A stretch of 64,000 bases of DNA. Origin: Sphingomonadales bacterium (GTDB lineage Bacteria > Pseudomonadota > Alphaproteobacteria > Sphingomonadales > Sphingomonadaceae). This document shows positions 60,587-64,000 of the stretch, piece by piece (the stretch's first letter is position 1; every line of letters starts with the position of its first letter). The notes beneath the pieces were generated by a model. It ran no database searches. It worked only from the letters and a program-made list of their open reading frames with translations, and was not told the DNA's origin. Made by a program: the position numbers and the translations under genes. The stretch spans positions 19,276 to 83,275 of the forward strand of contig JBBQWH010000002.1 in assembly GCA_038210785.1 (NCBI GenBank). Direction: 5' to 3'.

Positions 60587-61602
60587 GCCGCCCAGCCCTC
60601 TACGCCGCGCGCCTCGCGGGTCAGGATGTCGAGGCAGGCCATGCGGACCGCGACCCCCATCTCGACCTGCCGGGTGATCAGCGAGCGACCTGCAAGGTCG
60701 GCGACCTCGCTTTCGATCTCGACCCCGCGGTTCATCGGGCCTGGGTGCATCACCAAGGCGCCCGGCGCGGCCAGCGCAAGGCGCTTTACGGTCAGCCCGT
60801 AAAGATGGCGAAATTCGCGCGGCGAGGGGACGAATTGCCCACTCATCCGTTCCGATTGCAGCCGCAGCATCATCACCACCTCGGCGCCTTCGAGCGCCGC
60901 GTCGAAGCGTTGGAACACCTCCACCCCCATCGCTTCGACCCCCTGCGGCATCAGCGCCGGGGGAGCGCACACGCGAACCTGCGCGCCCAGCGCAGTCAGA
61001 CACAAGATGTTCGAGCGCGCCACCCGGCTGTGCAAGATATCGCCGCAAATCACGATCTTGAGCCCCGTGAAATCCTCTGCCGCTTCGCCCCGCTCGGCCA
61101 GCGCGTGGCGCAGGGTCAGTGCGTCGAGCAGGCCTTGGGTCGGGTGCTCATGGCTGCCGTCGCCCGCGTTCAAGACCGGACAATCGACCTTGTCGGCAAT
61201 CAACCCGGTCGCCCCTGATGATCCATGCCGGATGACGATCGCATCGGCGCGCATGGCGTTCAGCGTGATCGCGGTGTCGATCAGCGTCTCGCCCTTCTTC
61301 ACCGAGCTTTGCGCCGCGTGCATGTTGACCACATCCGCCCCCAGCCGCTTGCCCGCGATCTCGAAGCTCAGGAGCGTCCGGGTGGAGTTCTCGAAAAAGG
61401 CGTTGATAATCGTCAGGCCCGCCAAAAGGTCGGAATGTTTGGTGCTTTGGCGATTGAGCGACACCCACTGCTCGGCTTCGTGCAGCAGGTAGAGGATCTC
61501 GTGCCGCTGCAACTGTCCGATCCCGGTCAGGTCGCGATGCGGGAACGCCAATCGCCCGCCCGGAAAGCGGCCATGTGGCACGGTAAAGTTTGTTGCTGCC
61601 AT
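60583..61602 (-). CDS. pyrB: Aspartate carbamoyltransferase catalytic subunit
   Basis: [31 protein letters not shown]. Confidence 0.97.
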   Translation of the reverse strand: MAATNFTVPHGRFPGGRLAFPHRDLTGIGQLQRHEILYLLHEAEQWVSLNRQSTKHSDLLAGLTIINAFFENSTRTLLSFEIAGKRLGADVVNMHAAQSSVKKGETLIDTAITLNAMRADAIVIRHGSSGATGLIADKVDCPVLNAGDGSHEHPTQGLLDALTLRHALAERGEAAEDFTGLKIVICGDILHSRVARSNILCLTALGAQVRVCAPPALMPQGVEAMGVEVFQRFDAALEGAEVVMMLRLQSERMSGQFVPSPREFRHLYGLTVKRLALAAPGALVMHPGPMNRGVEIESEVADLAGRSLITRQVEMGVAVRMACLDILTREARGVEGWAA

Positions 61603-61723
61603 TAAAGCGATGTCCTTAGTCGAGCGCCATGCGCGGCTCAACCCTTTCCGGCAGCGCTTTCCCGTGGAAGTTGTAAGCCGCAGTCCCTAGATAGGGCTCA
61701 AGCGTGAACATAGGGGCGAGTAA

Positions 61724-63616
61724 ATGAGTTTTGTCGGCAAGGTCTGGAAGATCCTGGTGGGGATCAAGGACGGGCTTGTCCTGTTGATCATGCTATTGTT
61801 CTTCGTTGCGCTGTTCGGCATCCTCTCGGCGCGTCCCAACCCCGGTCAGGTGCGCGACGGCGCCTTGCTGATCGACCTCAGCGGCGTGGTGGTCGAAGAA
61901 AAATCCGCGCTCGATCCGATTCAGAGCCTGCTCTCGGGCAGCGCCCCGATCGAGGAATACCGTGCGCGCGACATCGTTCGCGCGCTCGATGCCGCCGCCA
62001 CCGACGACCGGATCAAGGCGGTGGTGATCGACCTCACCACTTTTCTCGGCGGCGGACAGGTGCACCTCAAGGACATCGGCGAGGCAATGGACCGGGTGCG
62101 CAAGGCGAAAAAGCCGGTGCTGACCTATGCGATGGGCTATGCCGATGATCACATGCTGCTCGCCGCCCATGCCAGCGAGGTATGGCTCGATCCGCAGGGA
62201 CTGGCGGTCATTTCCGGCCCTGGGGGTTATAGTCTCTACTATGCCGGGTTGCTCGAGAAGCTGAGCATCAACGCCCGAGTTTACCGCGTGGGCACGTTCA
62301 AATCGGCTGTCGAACCGTTCTCACGCAGCAGCATGTCGGACGAAGCGCGCGCCAATCTCAGCGGGCTATACGGCGCGCTGTGGGAGGAATGGCAGGCCAA
62401 TGTGCAAAAGGCCCGGCCCAGGCTCGCGCTGGCGCGGGTGACGGGGGATCCGGTCGCCTGGATCAATGGTTCGGGCGGCGACATGGCTAAGGCGGCTGTT
62501 TCAGCAGGCCTCGTCGACAAGCTCGGAGACCGCGCCCAGTTCGGCGCGCGGGTGGCGCAGCTGGCCGGCAAGGACCCCTGGAGCGTCAAGCCCGGCAGCT
62601 TCGCCGCGAGCGATCTCGGCGCTTTTCTCGCCGATCTCGGCCAGAGCACGTCGGGCAAAGCGATTGGCGTCATCACCATCGCGGGCGAAATCGTTGATGG
62701 GGAGGCCGGGCCGGGCATCGCTGGGAGCGCCCGGATCGCCGATCTGCTCGACGAGGCGCTGGACGATGATCTGGCCGCGCTGGTGGTGCGGGTCGATTCG
62801 CCCGGCGGTTCGGTCACTGCGTCGGAAGAAATCCGCCGGGCGATCCAGCGCTTCCGCGACCGTAAGATCCCGGTTGCGGTGTCGTTCGCCAACGTCGCGG
62901 CGAGCGGCGGTTACTGGGTCGCGATGTCGGGCGAGCGCATCTTCGCTGAACCCGATACTATCACGGGATCAATCGGCGTGTTCGCGGTGATTCCGACCTT
63001 CGAAAAGGCGGCCGCGCGGCTCGGGGTCAATGCAGACGGCTATCGCACCACGCCGCTGTCGGGCCAGCCCGACTTCATCGGCGGTTTCACCCCCGCGATG
63101 GACACGTTGCTGCAATCCTCGATCAGCGGCACCTATAGCGATTTCCTCAGCCTCGTGTCGAAGGCGCGGCGGATGCCGACGGACAAGGTCGATGGCATGG
63201 CGCAAGGGCAAGTGTGGGATGGCGGGACGGCGCGGCAGCTGGGGCTGGTCGACGAATTTGGCGGGCTTGAGAGCGCACTGGCGTGGGCGGCCGCCAAGGC
63301 CGATGCCAAGGACGGCGCGTGGCATGCGGTCTACCTCGGCGAGAGTACTGAGAATTACGATTCGCTGATCCGCCAGCTGGTTACCAGCGCGGCGCTGCGC
63401 GCGCCGGCTGTGCAGAATGGCGATCTGTTCGCGATGACGGCGGCGCGCAGCGAAAGCCTTGGGGCACGGCTCACCCGCGATGTCGAGCGCCTGCTGGGGA
63501 CCCGCGGCATTCAGGCATTCTGCGTCGAATGCCCCGCCCCCCTTGCCAAGCCGCGCCCGAGCAGCGAGCGCCCGGAAGGGATGCTCGCGCTGCTGGCGTG
63601 GCTGAGTGGCGGATGA
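61724..63616 (+). CDS. sppA: Signal peptide peptidase SppA (67K type)
   Basis: GTFKSAVEPF, RVDSPGGS, AASGGYW, TGSIGV, GLVDEFG. Confidence 0.95.
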   Translation: MSFVGKVWKILVGIKDGLVLLIMLLFFVALFGILSARPNPGQVRDGALLIDLSGVVVEEKSALDPIQSLLSGSAPIEEYRARDIVRALDAAATDDRIKAVVIDLTTFLGGGQVHLKDIGEAMDRVRKAKKPVLTYAMGYADDHMLLAAHASEVWLDPQGLAVISGPGGYSLYYAGLLEKLSINARVYRVGTFKSAVEPFSRSSMSDEARANLSGLYGALWEEWQANVQKARPRLALARVTGDPVAWINGSGGDMAKAAVSAGLVDKLGDRAQFGARVAQLAGKDPWSVKPGSFAASDLGAFLADLGQSTSGKAIGVITIAGEIVDGEAGPGIAGSARIADLLDEALDDDLAALVVRVDSPGGSVTASEEIRRAIQRFRDRKIPVAVSFANVAASGGYWVAMSGERIFAEPDTITGSIGVFAVIPTFEKAAARLGVNADGYRTTPLSGQPDFIGGFTPAMDTLLQSSISGTYSDFLSLVSKARRMPTDKVDGMAQGQVWDGGTARQLGLVDEFGGLESALAWAAAKADAKDGAWHAVYLGESTENYDSLIRQLVTSAALRAPAVQNGDLFAMTAARSESLGARLTRDVERLLGTRGIQAFCVECPAPLAKPRPSSERPEGMLALLAWLSGG

Positions 63617-63716
63617 TCCCGGGCGAAATCGCAGGCACCGATACGGCCAGCGCTTGCCAAGCGCCGCGACCCACATTAAAGGCGCGCGCCTGTCCGGGGC
63701 CGATGGCCCCCCGGGC

Positions 63717-63791
63717 GGGCGCGTAGCTCAGCGGTAGAGCACACCCTTCACACGGGTGGGGTCACAGGTTCAATCCCTGTCGCGCCCACCA
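63717..63791 (+). tRNA. tRNA-Val (CAC)
   Basis: 75-nt cloverleaf, anticodon arm CACCC-TTCACAC-GGGTG, GGTTCAA, encoded CCA; upstream TTGCCA-N17-TAAAGG. Confidence 0.95.
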
Positions 63792-63940
63792 TCTTCTGCC
63801 TGTCAGTGGCGGGGATGGTGGGATTGTAGTGCCTAGACCCGAGCCTCCTTAGGCAATTCCCCCCACAGCTTGACGGCACTCGCATGTTCGCGGCAATGCT
63901 GGCGGCTTTGAAGCCTTGAAAGCCAGACGGGGAATCGTAG

Positions 63941-64000
63941 ATGCGCATCAGAGTATGGGGCCGTTGGCTCGCAGGGTTGGCGATGCTCTGGGCGGCGATG
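63941..64000 (+). CDS. 5' end of a possible exported protein (runs off the window)
   Basis: MRIRVWGRWLAGLAMLWAAM looks like a signal peptide. Confidence 0.35.
   Translation, partial: MRIRVWGRWLAGLAMLWAAM

Noticed and set aside
63792-64000. Genomic island integrated at tRNA-Val
   Set aside because: No integrase, att duplication or clear composition shift is visible in the remaining ~200 bp

Overview
GC-rich alphaproteobacterial chromosomal segment. ChpT, GatCAB, PyrB-PyrC' and the repeat types suggest Sphingomonadales, Erythrobacter/Porphyrobacter-like (inference). It is mostly core genes (gatCAB, rpsU, valS, queE, ugd, rnpB, chpT, rluC/rluD, rpoH, mtgA, clpPX, tig, der, bfr/bfd, pyrBC', sppA, tRNA-Leu, tRNA-Val), with a perfect parS palindrome at 39206. 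Notable items: (1) an orphan ParA plus an acidic RHH-domain partner between two periplasmic SPOR proteins, with CtrA-like boxes in the divergent promoter region; (2) an ECF sigma/RskA-type anti-sigma followed by two fasciclin genes that share a TCATCC-N16-CGTA promoter motif and near-identical 3' hairpins with anti-SD CCUCC loops; (3) an AT-rich single-gene cassette (tandem retropepsin) bracketed by related direct repeats, with no integrase nearby; (4) an NfrB-like glycosyltransferase and a putative beta-barrel upstream of TauE/TIGR02186/HerA-like genes; (5) a VapBC module and an unannotated 52-aa membrane ORF inside gatA-gatB; (6) a covarying structured intergenic repeat in three copies; (7) a T1SS-like ABC protein with a degenerate ATPase domain; (8) a frameshifted LMW-PTP pseudogene. 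No CRISPR array, transposase, integrase or prophage was seen. All family assignments come from motif recognition by eye; no database search was run.
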